A stretch of DNA of 63,274 nucleotides, filler included, from Octopus bimaculoides (Eukaryota): assembly GCF_001194135.2 (NCBI RefSeq). It is 6 parts of 4 records of this genome, joined end to end, with 100 filler letters (N's around TTAATTAATTAA, not from the genome) between each part and the next. Parts side by side here need not be neighbours in the genome. Positions count along the whole stretch, not along the records: positions 23,999 to 36,903 come from NC_068988.1; positions 37,004 to 43,142 come from NC_069008.1; 4 more parts are not named here. The stretch is one strand, 5' to 3'. Made by a program: the position numbers and the translations under genes. A model generated the notes under the pieces. That model searched no databases. It was not told the origin of the DNA and worked only from the letters and a program-made list of their open reading frames with translations. Position 1 is the first letter of the stretch, and each line of letters starts with the position of its first letter. Positions 26,131-39,530 of the stretch are shown here, in pieces.

Positions 26131-26879
26131 TGACACTATTTCTGCACAAATGAAAAGTAATTTTTATAGCTAACTGTGACTACAAACACCCTAAGTTGGA
26201 GGGACGAAGTCTTTTTATTTGTTATTATATGTTGAAAGGTTTAATTGTTAAAAGAGAAATTGAAGCATTTGACTATTTGGGATAGATAATTACAAATTGA
26301 GTATTAAAAATATGTCTACAAGAAATGAAAAACATTGATTTTTTATGTTTAATGTGTAGAGTTGGGGAGCTGGTTTATTTGATTTGGCTGCATACTTCTC
26401 TCAAATAAAACCAATCACAATATTTAGATTTCAACATGTTTATTTACAGATTAATGTTACAATTGTTACTTTACAAAAAGTTGTGATGTTGAATACCAGT
26501 GTGTGAGAGTATGCTTGGCAAGAGGAGAAAATATATATTCATGCTTGGTGAGAGGTCAGAGCAGCATAGCTATGGGATAAGAAGGCCTCTACGAGTCCTT
26601 TAGCTCCTCTGTATTGTATTTCCTGCACATCTCAATTTATAATCATGATTTGGTGTGAAACTGTATGGAATCTTCCATTAATCTTAACTGTGTGCCAGAA
26701 CAATGATTGGCTGAAATATAGATAAATTCCACCAAGATAAGGACAATTGCCACCAAGATAAAGACAATTGCTGTCAAGTATGGAAACTTAGTACTGAAAC
26801 TTGGCCTTTCCTCATTACTGAACTGATAGGATTTCAATTGCTGAGCCTGCTTCAAATGCAAGCGAGTCTTGAAATAAGT

Positions 26880-26990
26880 TAACTCACAATTTTCTATAGA
26901 GGATAAAAATTGGATATCATCAGACTGGTCAAAATTCGTATGGTTGGATAGACTGAAATTTAATTTGTTTGGCTCTGATAGCAATGCATA
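26880..26990 (+). mobile_element. Tc1 transposase fragment
   Basis: SQFSIEDKNWISSDWSKFVWLDRLKFNLFGSDS resembles the Tc1 motif RL.FAK.H..W...W..V.WSDESKFNLFGSDG. Confidence 0.75.
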
Positions 26991-27159
26991 GAAGGATTTC
27001 ACTGAAATAAAAGATACGCCGGAAGACATTTCAGATCACGTGATCATCAAACTTATAGATTCAATGCTTCGCATGAGATACTCTTTTAAGAAATATTGCG
27101 CACTCAACCAAGAAACGGTTCCACATGATTTTATTCTACTCGATCTGCAATGCATAGAA

Positions 27160-27340
27160 AGGCGGCGAGCAGGCAGAATCGTTAGTACTTAGCGGCATTT
27201 CATCCGTCTTCACGTTCTGAGTTCAACTTCACCTACCTTTCATCCTTTCAGGGTCGATAAAATAAATACCAGTTATGTACTGGTGTGAATATAATCGACT
27301 TACTCTCTCCCTTGAAATTGCTGGCCTTGTAGCAAAATTC
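27160..27340 (+). mobile_element. SINE family B copy with CpGs intact
   Basis: ggcggcgagcaggcagaatcgttag...cacgttctgagttcaac...tttcagggtcgataaaataaataccag. Confidence 0.8.
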
Positions 27341-28084
27341 GAGGCCTTTAACGCGTACATTGTATTTTGTTGCAAAAAGAAATAAAAGAAAATGAAATGG
27401 TATTAAATTAAGTAACTTTCAATTTTTGTGACGCTATTGATAAGGACAATAATTACCTCTAAACAGATTTAGAATTTTCATGTTTAAATTGCATCATTGC
27501 AAAAGAGTAAGATATTCTCTTCGTATTCACGTTTTGTTTGAATCATGATAAAGTAAACGAAAATAATTAAAACAGTTAACGTTTACTCATCAGATATTAG
27601 TCTTGTCAGTAAATGAATTGATGCCACTACGAGCGCGCGCGCGCGTGTGTGTAGGAGAGAGAGAAAGGGGGGAGAGAGAGAGGGAGAGAAAGGGGGAGAG
27701 AGGCTTTTTATGCTTGCACAGATATAAAAGACATATATATACATAATATATATGTATTTATACGCGCACATATAGCTATATATGTGTAAGGACGACCGTG
27801 CGAACTCAAAAAGGAGAAATGGTGACGAATGGAAAAACAGAGGACTCCTTTTATTTAAACGTGTCACACGGTCGAACACAAAATAATATATATCAAAGAT
27901 GATATACAAATAATGTTATACTACGATGACATTAGTGAATTCGTAAATACCAGTAATGAAGAGACGATAGAAGACAACCGTATGAAATGAATAACAGAAA
28001 TATTTATTGTGGCATTAAAGTGTATGTCTGTGTGAGAGTGTGAATGCGACATATAAGAACATAATCAAAGACTGGCCGTCATAC

Positions 28085-28273
28085 AAAGAAAAGTATGTAC
28101 GTGAGTGATACATGTATGTGTATGTGAGATATTACAGCAGATAGAAAGAGAGTCAGTAACCATGAGCATTTATACCAGTTCTTAGGGTACACATTAGTAT
28201 GAGTCTGTATGTGAAAGGAGTTGAGGCTGTGTGTGGCAGGGCTGATCACTAGTTGTGATGTGGTGGCTTCCAT
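28085..28273 (-). CDS. Candidate first coding exon (MEATTSQLVISPATHSLNSFHIQTHTNVYPKNWYKCSWLLTLFLSAVISHIHIHVSLTYILFF)
   Basis: ATG in good context (ccaggcATGG), 63 codons, donor TTT|GTATGA in phase 0; lies about 470 nt downstream of the promoter motif cluster. Confidence 0.5.
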
Positions 28274-28739
28274 GCCTGGCCGTGATTCTTGTTATACAGA
28301 TGTTCGTCGCTGGCTGAGATCTCTTGTCTGTTTATTATCGTGGTGAAGCTAAGTCACCTAACAGAATCGAAGNNNNNNNNNNNNNNNNNNNNNNNNNNNN
28401 NNNNNNNNNNNNNNNNNNNNNNNNNNNNNNNNNNNNNNNNNNNNNNNNNNNNNNNNNNNNNNNNNNNNNNNNNNNNNNNNNNNNNNNNNNNNNNNNNNNN
28501 NNNNNNNNNNNNNNNNNNNNNNNNNNNNNNNNNNNNNNNNNNNNNNNNNNNNNNNNNNNNNNNNNNNNNNNNNNNNNNNNNNNNNNNNNNNNNNNNNNNN
28601 NNNNNNNNNNNNNNNNNNNNNNNNNNNNNNNNNNNNNNNNNNNNNNNNNNNNNNNNNNNNNNNNNNNNNNNNNNNNNNNNNNNNNNNNNNNNNNNNNNCT
28701 GCTGCTGTCGTGTGGTACACGGAACAGATCTCAAAGAGA

Positions 28740-28925
28740 AACTGAACCGAGAGAAATTTGCTGGGTATGAGTTGCTCTATTTAAAGCGTTCAGAGGGCTC
28801 CAAGACGGTAGCAGAATAACACTATCACGTGACCTTATTAAGGGCTGTGATTGGTCAGTTTGCGTTCTGGCGGGAACGGTTCGAAGAAGTTGCCGATTCG
28901 AATAATGATCAGTCACGTGATGACA
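28740..28925 (-). promoter_or_regulatory. Putative Pol II promoter (E-box/CLEAR x2, CCAAT, TATA-like, Inr-like)
   Basis: TCACGTGAC 28825-28833; GTCACGTGA 28912-28920; minus-strand CTGACCAATCACAG 28845-28858; minus CTTTAAATAG 28777-28786; minus TCAGTT 28740-28745; locally CpG-rich. Confidence 0.6.
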
Positions 28926-29175
28926 AGGTTGATGTTTTCCGCTACGCTCGCGCTTGTTTATATTTAAATGAGAAGAATGGCGATAGCAGTTTTGTATCTA
29001 ATGGCGATAGGTAGTTTCACTACATATGCATACAAGCAACCACGTGCACACATATGTATATATGTAACAATACGTATATATGCTTATATTTGTAGATACA
29101 TTTATGTAATTCACACACACACATACACACACACATGCACACACGCAAACGCACGCGCGCGCGCATGAATGTATA

Positions 29176-29993
29176 CAGGTTGCGATGGGTAAATTGTCGC
29201 CATTTTATATTTTCTAATTTCGTGCATGTACAGTTTTTGAGTTTGTCGACTACACAGTATCGTAGGGTTAGTTGGGCACCATCTGTGAGAAAAACAACAG
29301 CATGACGCAATTTACTCTGCCAGAAATTTGGAAACGACATGCTGTACTACTTGGCCTTCGTGCTGGAAACCCTAATACGAACAGATGGTGAACACACCGA
29401 ACAATCTTTGGCTTGCCTTGTCTCCAAAACATGTGTCGAGACTGATAAATAACAAACATCCAGTCAACATCATGGTGTTTGGACTGATCACTAGTGATGG
29501 CAACGTTATGCTTCCATTTATCTTGCCACACAACCTCACACACAACACGGAGGCTTTCATCAAGTGCCTGGAGGAGATAATGCTGCCCTGGATCAAAAGG
29601 GTGGCTGGTGGACCCTATGCCTGGCAACAAGACTCTGCACATGTCACCCCTAACATCTGGCCACCTAACGCCCCAGACTGGAACCCCCTTAATAATTATG
29701 TGTGGGGTGCAGTTGAACGAGAAACCAACAAAACTCCTTGTTACACCAAAGATGAACTGAAGGTAAGGATTATGACAGCATTTAAATAAGGAGACTATCC
29801 AGAAGAGTTGCGGGAAATTCCAAAGTCGTTTGGAGGCCGTGGTTGAAGCCAATGGCAATTTTATTGAATAAATTTACTCTTTAGTATTTCAAGATATTCT
29901 ATGTAATTTTGGTAAATATATGGGTTAAAATGAGATGCCAGTGTTATTTTCATTTTTGCGTAATTTATGCAACGATATATTCACCGCACCCTG
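29176..29993 (+). mobile_element. Internally deleted IS630-Tc1-mariner element (maT/DD37D-like)
   Basis: TA|CAGGTTGCGATG ... CACCGCACCCTG|TA termini; ORF with KHPVNIMVFGLITSDG, WQQDSAH and WPPNAPDWNPLNNYVWG. Confidence 0.88.
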
Positions 29994-30339
29994 TATATAT
30001 GTATAAACATACACATATATAAATATTATATATATATGCTTATGCATATGCATACATATACCCATGTACAAACATCTATNNNNNNNNNNNNNNNNNNNNN
30101 NNNNNNNNNNNNNNNNNNNNNNNNNNNNNNNNNNNNNNNNNNNNNNNNNNNNNNNNNNNNNNNNNNNNNNNNNNNNNNNNNNNNNNNNNNNNNNNNNNNN
30201 NNNNNNNNNNNNNNNNNNNNNNNNNNNNNNNNNNNNNNNNNNNNNNNNNNNNNNNNNNNNNNNNNNNNNNNNNNNNNNNNNNNNNNNNNNNNNNNNNNNN
30301 NNNNNNNNNNNNNNNNNNNNNNNNNNNNNNNNNNNNNNN

Positions 30340-30600
30340 NNACACACATACATACATGCATGCATACATACATGCATACATTCATAATACATACATACAT
30401 TCATAATACATACATACATGCATGCATACATACATGCATACATACATACATTCATAATACATACACACATACATACATGCATGCATACATACATGCATAC
30501 ATACATACATTCATAATACATACATACATACATGCATACATACATGCATACATACATACATTCATAATACATACATACATGCATGCATACATACATATAC
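30340..30600. repeat. Compound (ACAT/GCAT) repeat with a recurring ATTCATAAT spacer
   Basis: Direct observation. Confidence 0.9.
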
Positions 30601-31499
30601 GCACACGCGTGCACGCTTTGTCCTTTCGACTACAAGATAAAAAGGTAATTTGTAGCTTCGAAACATCGAAATCTACGAAAGAAAGTGGTGAGCGTAGATA
30701 TAATTTCCGGGCATTTATAACTTCCTCTGTATTATTGAGAATCGCAGCACATAGTCATCATAGTAGAAGCTATAAGTATAGACTTCAAGGTAGGCAAAGT
30801 TCAAAAGAAATCAATTATTTCTTTACGAACCCGCGACTATGTACCAAAACTACGTTCCGATAAGCATGTAATTTCATATGAGCAAGTATATGTGTTTGGC
30901 ATCTCTTTATGAGATTGATTCTTTCATGAACTGACAAAGTCACTCTGAGTCTCTGAGCTGATGTTTAACTTGAGTTTCTGTCCAAACTGGGTTAGATCAA
31001 ATTAGAGTTTGATCTAACCCAGTTAGAAATCTTACTTTCTGTTGATACCCTTGGCTAGAATGCTAATCTATCAACGAGAGCTTTCTCCACAAAGGTACTT
31101 GAACGTTATGTCGTTGATATTTGTATATGAAGTTGAGGCTGTCGAGAAACGTCACTAAGGTTCTCTATTGGCTGCTATTTCACTTTATTTCAGTAGATTT
31201 CTTCCTGTTGCTGTTTACCCTAGGTCAAATTTGATGCAATATTCAAGCCTTGTTTTTCAGACACAATGTATGTTTCCATTTTAAGGCAATAGGGTATAAT
31301 ATAAGTTGAAGGGAAATTTAGCTACTGTTTCATAGCAGGTTAAACAGTCATGCTTTGGCTTTTTCAGTAAGTTATTTCCTGTAGATCTTAGACTGAGAAT
31401 GGATGAAAATTATTGTCTCTACCCTAATGGATACGATTCCAGTCTACCATGCATAACAGCTAGCTGTCCCTGGGATGTGATACATACTTACAGGTTACA

Positions 31500-31790
31500 A
31501 AGGTGGTGGTGATGATAATGATGGCAATGTTGATGCTGACGATGCCGCTGTCGATAACGATGATGATGCTAACGGAATGATGATGAAGATGATGACGTTT
31601 ATGAAGTTGATGACGATTGTGATAATGATGACGGTGCAGACGATAATAATGCAAACGCTACTGATGATGATGTTGATGATGTGGTTGACAGTGATGATCA
31701 CGATGATGACGAGAACATTACAGTTACTGCTGCAGATGACGATGACGGTGACAAAGCTGACGATGTGACGACAATAATGATGAGAACGAT
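31500..31790. repeat. Degenerate (GAT)n-rich low-complexity tract
   Basis: GAT/GAC/GGT triplets; produces spurious poly-D/M/H ORFs. Confidence 0.85.
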
Positions 31791-34683
31791 TCTGAGTATG
31801 GCGGTGATATTGATCGCAGAATGGTGTGGCGCTGATGCTAGTAATCCACAGACGTTGAAGATTATCGCCAATATGAACTCAATGATATGAAAGTATGAAT
31901 TTTCAACATATCATATAACAATATGATGAAGTCAGAGACTTACAGGTCATTGCCAATTAAACTAAAGATGTATATATACAAAGTGAATAATGAAGTAATT
32001 TATATACAATGAGTTTATGTTTGGCCTATGTATGTAGATAAAGCATAAACGGTGATGGAGTGTGTTTAGTAATGTGCATGCTATATATAATCTTAGTGTG
32101 CATGTCAAAAGACACAAGCATATAGATAAATCATAAGATTCTGGCTTACATTTGTCTGTGTTTTTATATACAAGTGTAATCTTGTGTGTGTGCGTGTGTG
32201 TGTGTGTGTGTGCGCGTGTGTATGTCTGTGTGTGTCTGTGTATGAGTATGATAAGTACTTAAAAGTCTAGATAAATGTATGCAAGAGTTCTAGACTTTTT
32301 CTATATGCTCATGTATATCTACTCATACACAAAGTATTATATATGACATACACGTTATATACATCCCGTCACCATCTACACACACAAGCACACACATATA
32401 TATATATATTAATCGAAGTGTACAGTATTATATATCTATAGTGAATCTTGCAAGCAGGAAGTGGATTCGATCCACCATAGCCAAATTTAAATTAACACTT
32501 CAACAGAACTTTTCCCACGGTGGAACAATGGTTTTCTCTGACAGCAATTTTACTCTTGCAAGATTGCCTTTAGCTAGGCCGACATAATGTCTTCACCACT
32601 CATTCCTTATAACCTCTTCTACTTCACCAAAAGCTAGAATAGAGATATCACAGTACCATCAGCGAAGCCCATTGTTCTCAAAGATGTGTCTGTCCTGCTG
32701 GATAGTTATAAAAGCATAAACCCCAAGCAAAAAGATAGTCAGTCATTTGGTGATGACTCGTGAGTTGAGAGAGAGAGAGAGCTAACGTCAATTAGTGAAC
32801 GTTAGTCAGAGGGAGAAATGAAGTTTACTATCAGCGACTATGCGAGCCTTCGTCACACACTCTTACTAGGTCTAATTCTGTTCTCTTACAACATCATTCT
32901 ATCTCTCTCTGTAATTACTACTAAACAATGAAGAGAACACAAACACTAACTACACATCTATCTTTACTTCGCATGCTTTACGATATCATCACCTGCCCGT
33001 CGAGGCAAGGTATTGTAACGTAACGGTAAATAAATACTTTGTTGAAACTTCATGCATTGTTCATCTTTCACATCCTACAACATGCCGTCACAATTAAATT
33101 TCAACCGATACAAAAATAATCTTCATCGTTACATATCCATTACGGCCGATCTTACTGACTGGTTTTGTACGAAGGGTTCAACGGAATGTTAGGTAACAGT
33201 CTGATTATGTAACCATGTGCTCTTCACAGATGGCAGTTATGAAAAGAAACATGGCAACTGCATCTGGTTTGTGTTTGTTATGAAAAAGACGATGAACCAA
33301 ACCGGGGTCATGTTAAGAGTCATGTCCCTTAGTACCAAAACACCATCTCTGGAGGTATTGCAAGGTGACAAGAGGTTTCTGGAAGAAGTATGGGAACTGT
33401 GTGTATTTCTAAGGTTGGTGTTCTTGTAGAAATGGAATGTGTGTAGTGGTACTTTATGTGCAGCGTTTTCGGGAGTGGAGGTGGCCAAAGGCTGCGTACA
33501 CATCTATGTTCGTTTGTGTGTTTTCTTTCTTTTATGTTTTGGTTAAAACATTTGGTTAAATTCTTGGGGCATTAATGTATACATGGAGTGTGTATAGAGG
33601 TACAATATGTATGGGGGCTTGTATTGGAAGTGGTGGAAGGGTCTATTAGGTGGATGTCTGCTGCGTTAGGATGCGTGTGTTTGTGTATGTTCTGGTCAAG
33701 CACTTTGCTGAATTCACAAACTATTGGTGACGGGAAGACCGAAGTTGAGGATTGGTTATTATAGTCACGATGGGCTACGCAGATGTGATAGGATGTACTT
33801 CATTTCACGTGGGCAGGGATTAAAAATCTCACTTCTCTTATTCAGGTAGATGCTCTTTAATATCGCTCTTTTCTCAGCCAGGCATAATCTACATTTCCTG
33901 CTGCTATTGAAGTTTACTTTACATTATATATAACAAGTGTTAATGTGTGTGTGTGTGTGTGTGTATGTATGTGTGTGTGCGTGTATGTGAGTGTATGTAT
34001 GCATGTATGCATTTATGTATTCATTTATGTATGTATGAATGTATTGTCACTTCAGCCATGTAACAACGCATGCGCTTTTCTCGGACTAACTTTACCCTTC
34101 TCTTCAGACTGCTCTTCTTTCGTCTTTCTGACGGGGAGCCGTGCTCATCGCTTTTTCCATCGTAAACCAAGCGTCAACCTAATACATTCCATGTGTACAT
34201 TCTTTTAATTTTTGTTGTTTTTATTTTAGTTTTANNNNNNNNNNNNNNNNNNNNNNNNNNNNNNNNNNNNNNNNNNNNNNNNNNNNNNNNNNNNNNNNNN
34301 NNNNNNNNNNNNNNNNNNNNNNNNNNNNNNNNNNNNNNNNNNNNNNNNNNNNNNNNNNNNNNNNNNNNNNNNNNNNNNNNNNNNNNNNNNNNNNNNNNNN
34401 NNNNNNNNNNNNNNNNNNNNNNNNNNNNNNNNNNNNNNNNNNNNNNNNNNNNNNNNNNNNNNNNNNNNNNNNNNNNNNNNNNNNNNNNNNNNNNNNNNNN
34501 NNNNNNNNNNNNNNNNNNNNNNNNNNNNNNNNNNNNNNNNNNNNNNNNNNNNNNNNNNNNNNNNNNNNNNNNNNNNNNNNNNNNNNNNNNNNNNNNNNNN
34601 NNNNNNNNNNNNNNNNNNNNNNNNNNNNNNNNNNNNNNNNNNNNNNNNNNNNNNNNNNNNNNNNNNNNNNNNNNNNNNNNNNN

Positions 34684-34720
<37 letters not shown>

Positions 34721-36000
34721 GACACACGCGTTTATATGGGTGTACATATATATGTACATGTATATTTTATATATATGCACAAACGTTAATGTAATATCTA
34801 TTATATACCTTACAAGATAATGAAACAATTGCAAATGAATGGAATAAACATGTATCCTTTCACCTTGCTTCTCTTATCTATTCTTTATGTGTACGATTGT
34901 GTGTGTGTGTGTGTGTGTGTATGTGTGTGTATCTGTGTGTTTGTATTTATCATCGTCGTCGTCGTCGTCATCATCATCATCATCATCAACAACATCATCA
35001 TCATCACGATTATCATCAACAGCTACGTTCGTGTAGAGCACTACTGTTTTTGCCTCTGTATCTAGTAACATTCACTCTTCGTATTTATCTGAAACATTCA
35101 TCTTCCCTACATATTATTATCTTTGATGTAGAAAACAGCTTCATATCATATGTATATTATATAGTGGTCGATGATAGCTTCTCGTAGCTAATCAGATTTA
35201 CTCTTCAGAGCACAGAAAAGAAAAGAGAAGAAAGAGCGAGAGAAAGAGAGAGGGGGGAGGGAGAGAAAGAGAGATTCCTTATGTGTATGTATATNNNNNN
35301 NNNNNNNNNNNNNNNNNNNNNNNNNNNNNNNNNNNNNNNNNNNNNNNNNNNNNNNNNNNNNNNNNNNNNNNNNNNNNNNNNNNNNNNNNNNNNNNNNNNN
35401 NNNNNNNNNNNNNNNNNNNNNNNNNNNNNNNNNNNNNNNNNNNNNNNNNNNNNNNNNNNNNNNNNNNNNNNNNNNNNNNNNNNNNNNNNNNNNNNNNNNN
35501 NNNNNNNNNNNNNNNNNNNNNNNNNNNNNNNNNNNNNNNNNNNNNNNNNNNNNNNNNNNNNNNNNNNNNNNNNNNNNNNNNNNNNNNNNNNNNNNNNNNN
35601 NNNNNNNNNNNNNNNNNNNNNNNNNNNNNNNNNNNNNNNNNNNNNNNNNNNNNNNNNNNNNNNNNNNNNNNNNNNNNNNNNNNNNNNNNNNNNNNNNNNN
35701 NNNNNNNNNNNNNNNNNNNNNNNNNNNNNNNNNNNNNNNNNNNNNNNNNNNNNNNNNNNNNNNNNNNNNNNNNNNNNNNNNNNNNNNNNNNNNNNNNNNN
35801 NNNNNNNNNNNNNNNNNNNNNNNNNNNNNNNNNNNNNNNNNNNNNNNNNNNNNNNNNNNNNNNNNNNNNNNNNNNNNNNNNNNNNNNNNNNNNNNNNNNN
35901 NNNNNNNNNNNNNNNNNNNNNNNNNNNNNNNNNNNNNNNNNNNNNNNNNNNNNNNNNNNNNNNNNNNNNNNNNNNNNNNNNNNNNNNNNNNNNNNNNNNN

Positions 36001-36057
<57 letters not shown>

Positions 36058-36749
36058 CATTGTTAAAATCAGAAGAATAAGCTCCACACGCGCGATAGAG
36101 CGATCGTATAAGGCTTTATTGCATCCAACATGGCCAAAGCGTACAATGGCTGGAAAGAACGAAACACACAAGCGGGTATAAATGCCTACGCATATACACA
36201 CATAAAGGTTTACATGGACATGCGCGCGCAAGCAGTTTATTTACAAGCGCATTCGCATACACATAAAGATAATCACAGGTAGAAATGGAAACGATTCATA
36301 TACACAGTGCAATACAAAAATATATATTCACAAATGCACACATGCGCTCTCACTTGTATACAATACCGGACCATCTATCCAGCAAGCTTGGGACCAGAAG
36401 TGTCTTGGATTTCTGGATATTCCCGGTTTTGTGGTGACAATCTAAATATGTACTTAATATATAGAATAAATTATGAAGAAGATAGAGTTTAATTGTATTT
36501 AAAACAGATTCAAATTAATACATTCCTAAAGGAGGGTTTGTTTGAAATTTATTAATCCATTTAATTTCTTAAAAATATATCATATTCTATCATGCATGCA
36601 GTATGATATTTATAGGATTACGTAATATCAAATGAAGAAAAATAAAGAACATAATTTTGTTTAACAGATACAGTTACAGATTAGTACACTTTTAAAGTAA
36701 TGTATGTTTAATCTTTATCAATCTACTTTAAAATGTAAAGAACAAAACT

Positions 36750-36900
36750 GTAGCTGCGTGGTAAGAAGCTTGCTTTCTAACCACATGGTCCTGGCTTCAG
36801 TCCCACTGCGTGGCACCATGGGCAAGTGTCTTCTACTATGGCCTTGGGCCGAACAAAGTCTTGTGAGTGGGTGTGGTAGACGCAAACTGAAAGAAGCCCA
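36750..36900 (+). mobile_element. SINE family A, 5' half
   Basis: gctgcgtggtaagaagcttgctttctaaccacatggtcctggcttcagtcccactgcgtggcacc. Confidence 0.8.
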
Positions 36901-37809
36901 ATANNNNNNNNNNNNNNNNNNNNNNNNNNNNNNNNNNNNNNNNNNNNTTAATTAATTAANNNNNNNNNNNNNNNNNNNNNNNNNNNNNNNNNNNNNNNNN
37001 NNNCATTCTTTGAATAAATTATTTAAGAATCTTCTTCTCTGAAACTATTTGACCTAATGTCAGATAAATATACTGGGATGTTCCTTGTGTAGTCCCCATA
37101 CAAAGTTAATTGATATTTTATTAATTGGATGATTTTATTTATTTCATAGAAAATCTATTTAATAGAAAACACATAAGGACTTTTCATTTTCTATATATTT
37201 TCCATGATATTTCCCAGTCAGAATCATCAAGACAAATGCCAAATAACAGTGAGAGGTTTACTATACTGGGCAAATTACAAAGATGGGATCTTTTCAGTTT
37301 CACTCAAAGATTTTTTAATTATTTTTTTGAACTACATAGAAGCTTCATATACTGGTTTAATTTCTCACACTGAACATGGTTTACTTTCAGTATTTTTGGC
37401 AAAATTTTGTATTTTAGAAGTTATTTCATGTTCAGTTTGTCATATTTGGGTAATTTTAATTAATAAATTATGTGTATTCAGCTGAAGACAGCTACTGCTG
37501 TTTGTGATAGTAATCAAGGAACAACTTCTGGGTCATCTCTACTAAATGCTACCATATTGTTCCATTTCATTTTTGTTTACTGCTTCTGTTGCATATTACA
37601 TGCTTTTTTTTTGCTTTTGGTTCTCGCGTTGGAGCAACCAGTAAACATCGAAGAAGCAACACCAAGAATGAAGAAATATTATTTACATATATTTATTCGT
37701 TTGCCTGATACAGCAGTAACTGTAGTGGCAGTGAGAAGTTCGCTGGCTGGCTGGTAGTTGATAGTGTAGAAGTTACTGTCTGCCAGGCATCCTTCCAGGT
37801 CAAGAGAGT

Positions 37810-38522
37810 CTCTAACTCACCATGAAAAGTCAGAACCCATCAAAGAGCAATGAAAATGGCTGATGAATTTTTTTGTGACATGAAGAAAAGAAATCAATCA
37901 CAGAACATCTTTCTTAAGCATATGCTCAGCAAGTTGAAAAGAACAGATTAGCTCTTTTTTATGCATTCTTGATGTAATCACTTCCCTTGCAAAAAGAGGA
38001 ATTTCACTTAGAGGAAGCTGGTTCCATGAGAAGAAAGAAGACGACAGTAATTTCAACATTTTTATTAAGTGGAAAGCAAAAGATAAATCTCAATTTGTAG
38101 CCTTTGTGGAAAATGCACCAAAGAATGCCACATATTTATCTCTTATTATCCAGAATCAACTGATTGCAGGAGGCAAATCATTAATGAAGCCATGAAGGCT
38201 GACTATTTCAGCATCATGGCTGATGAAATTTGTGATGCATTCACAATGGAGTAGTTATCAGTCTATATACGTTACCTTAGGATCAAAGATTGGGGAACCA
38301 AAGAGGTAGCTGAAGATTTTCTTGGATTTATGTATAGCTTGGGCAGACAAATTCCCAATCAATCACTGAGGCACTGATGACTGAAGAAGTGGAGAGGAAA
38401 AGGCTTTGATGGAGCACCTGTGATGGCTGGTGATGTCAGTGGTGTGTCAAAACTCATAAAAGACACTCTTCCACAAGCAAAATACTTCACCCATTGTTAA
38501 AAACATTGCCTCAACCTAGCTG
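37810..38522 (+). mobile_element. Degenerate hAT transposase (DUF4371/ZMYM1-like region)
   Basis: Across frameshifts: LAKRGISLRG, NAPKNATYLSLIIQNQLI, YFSIMADEICD, RGKGFDGAPVMAGDVSGV, THC*KHCLNLA. Confidence 0.85.
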
Positions 38523-38539
38523 TTAACCCTCGATATGTA

Positions 38540-39053
38540 CCGTATTTTCCGATGTATAAACCGTGCGGCTTAGAGAAAACTGTGCCTAATGTGTGTATTT
38601 TTTATAAGTTTCAAGAGGAGAATAACTTGTGTATGGATATCGAATGATTCCACTGATTTTCTGAGAGGAAAGGTCGGTTGGTGAACAACGTGAAGGACTA
38701 CTGCTACAGTTTGTTGACGCCTGGAAGAAAACAAAGCATATTTGTTTTGTTTTAACTTCATATTTTGATATAATGTTCTTTTTAATCTAATAAAGACTTC
38801 AATATTGACGAAATGTGTTTGTTGTTGATTGTCGTAAGATAAAATCATTGCAATAACAATGCATTTCACAGTTGTAAAATAAGGCAATTTAAAACTATAT
38901 ACACGTCAACAATAAAAAAGCTAGATGCGGACCCGTAGCTCCATAGGTCTGTGAAACACCGGTGCTCTTTATGTGACGATAAAACCAAACTTTTACCCCA
39001 AATTTCACCCTGCGGCTTAAATACCGACGCGTTTTATAGACCAGAAAATTCGG
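38540..39053. mobile_element. pogo/Tigger-type non-autonomous element
   Basis: TA|CCGTATTTTCCGATGTATAAACCG versus the right-end reverse complement CCGAATTTTCTGGTCTATAAAACG; starts just after the last recognisable hAT motif. Confidence 0.7.
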
Positions 39054-39530
39054 TGTTAAAAAAAGGAAAATAAAGTGTCAATCAAGGGGAATAACTGTTG
39101 CATGTTTTTAGTCTGCATTATTTCCCTTTGTTCATGTAACGTTTATGTCAAATACAATTGTTTCCAATGATGAGAAGACTAGGATCGCTGAAGCAGTATG
39201 GGATTTATCAGAAGTGCTAGAGGAAAAGAAAGACTAGTGTATGGTGGATGTATCCGTATTAAGCAAAAACCTTGCAAAGCTAAACTGAGTTCATATCCTA
39301 CGAAAAGAAATCGAAGGTTGTCTTCATGACCACACGCACGCGCCAAATAAAACAAAAATCCAAGCGGTAAAAACCGTCCAGGAGATAAAAGTGTGAGCTA
39401 TTAATAGAGAAGAAAATGCTCAGCAGATAATTTCTGAGTCCTGTGCTCGTATTGATGAGGAAACGGGAGCAAATTTGCCACCAATTCATCATTTGAAACG
39501 TAACATTTGACGTCAGCTACAACGTTCATC

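Noticed and set aside
26643-27029. 128-aa minus ORF with a TM-like stretch
   Set aside because: Antisense to a Tc1 transposase fragment; the hydrophobic stretch comes from a 21-bp tandem duplication (ccaccaagataaggacaattg x2).
33200-33750. Possible LINE ORF1 or zinc-knuckle remnant on the minus strand (also 32460-32720)
   Set aside because: Resemblance too weak to support.
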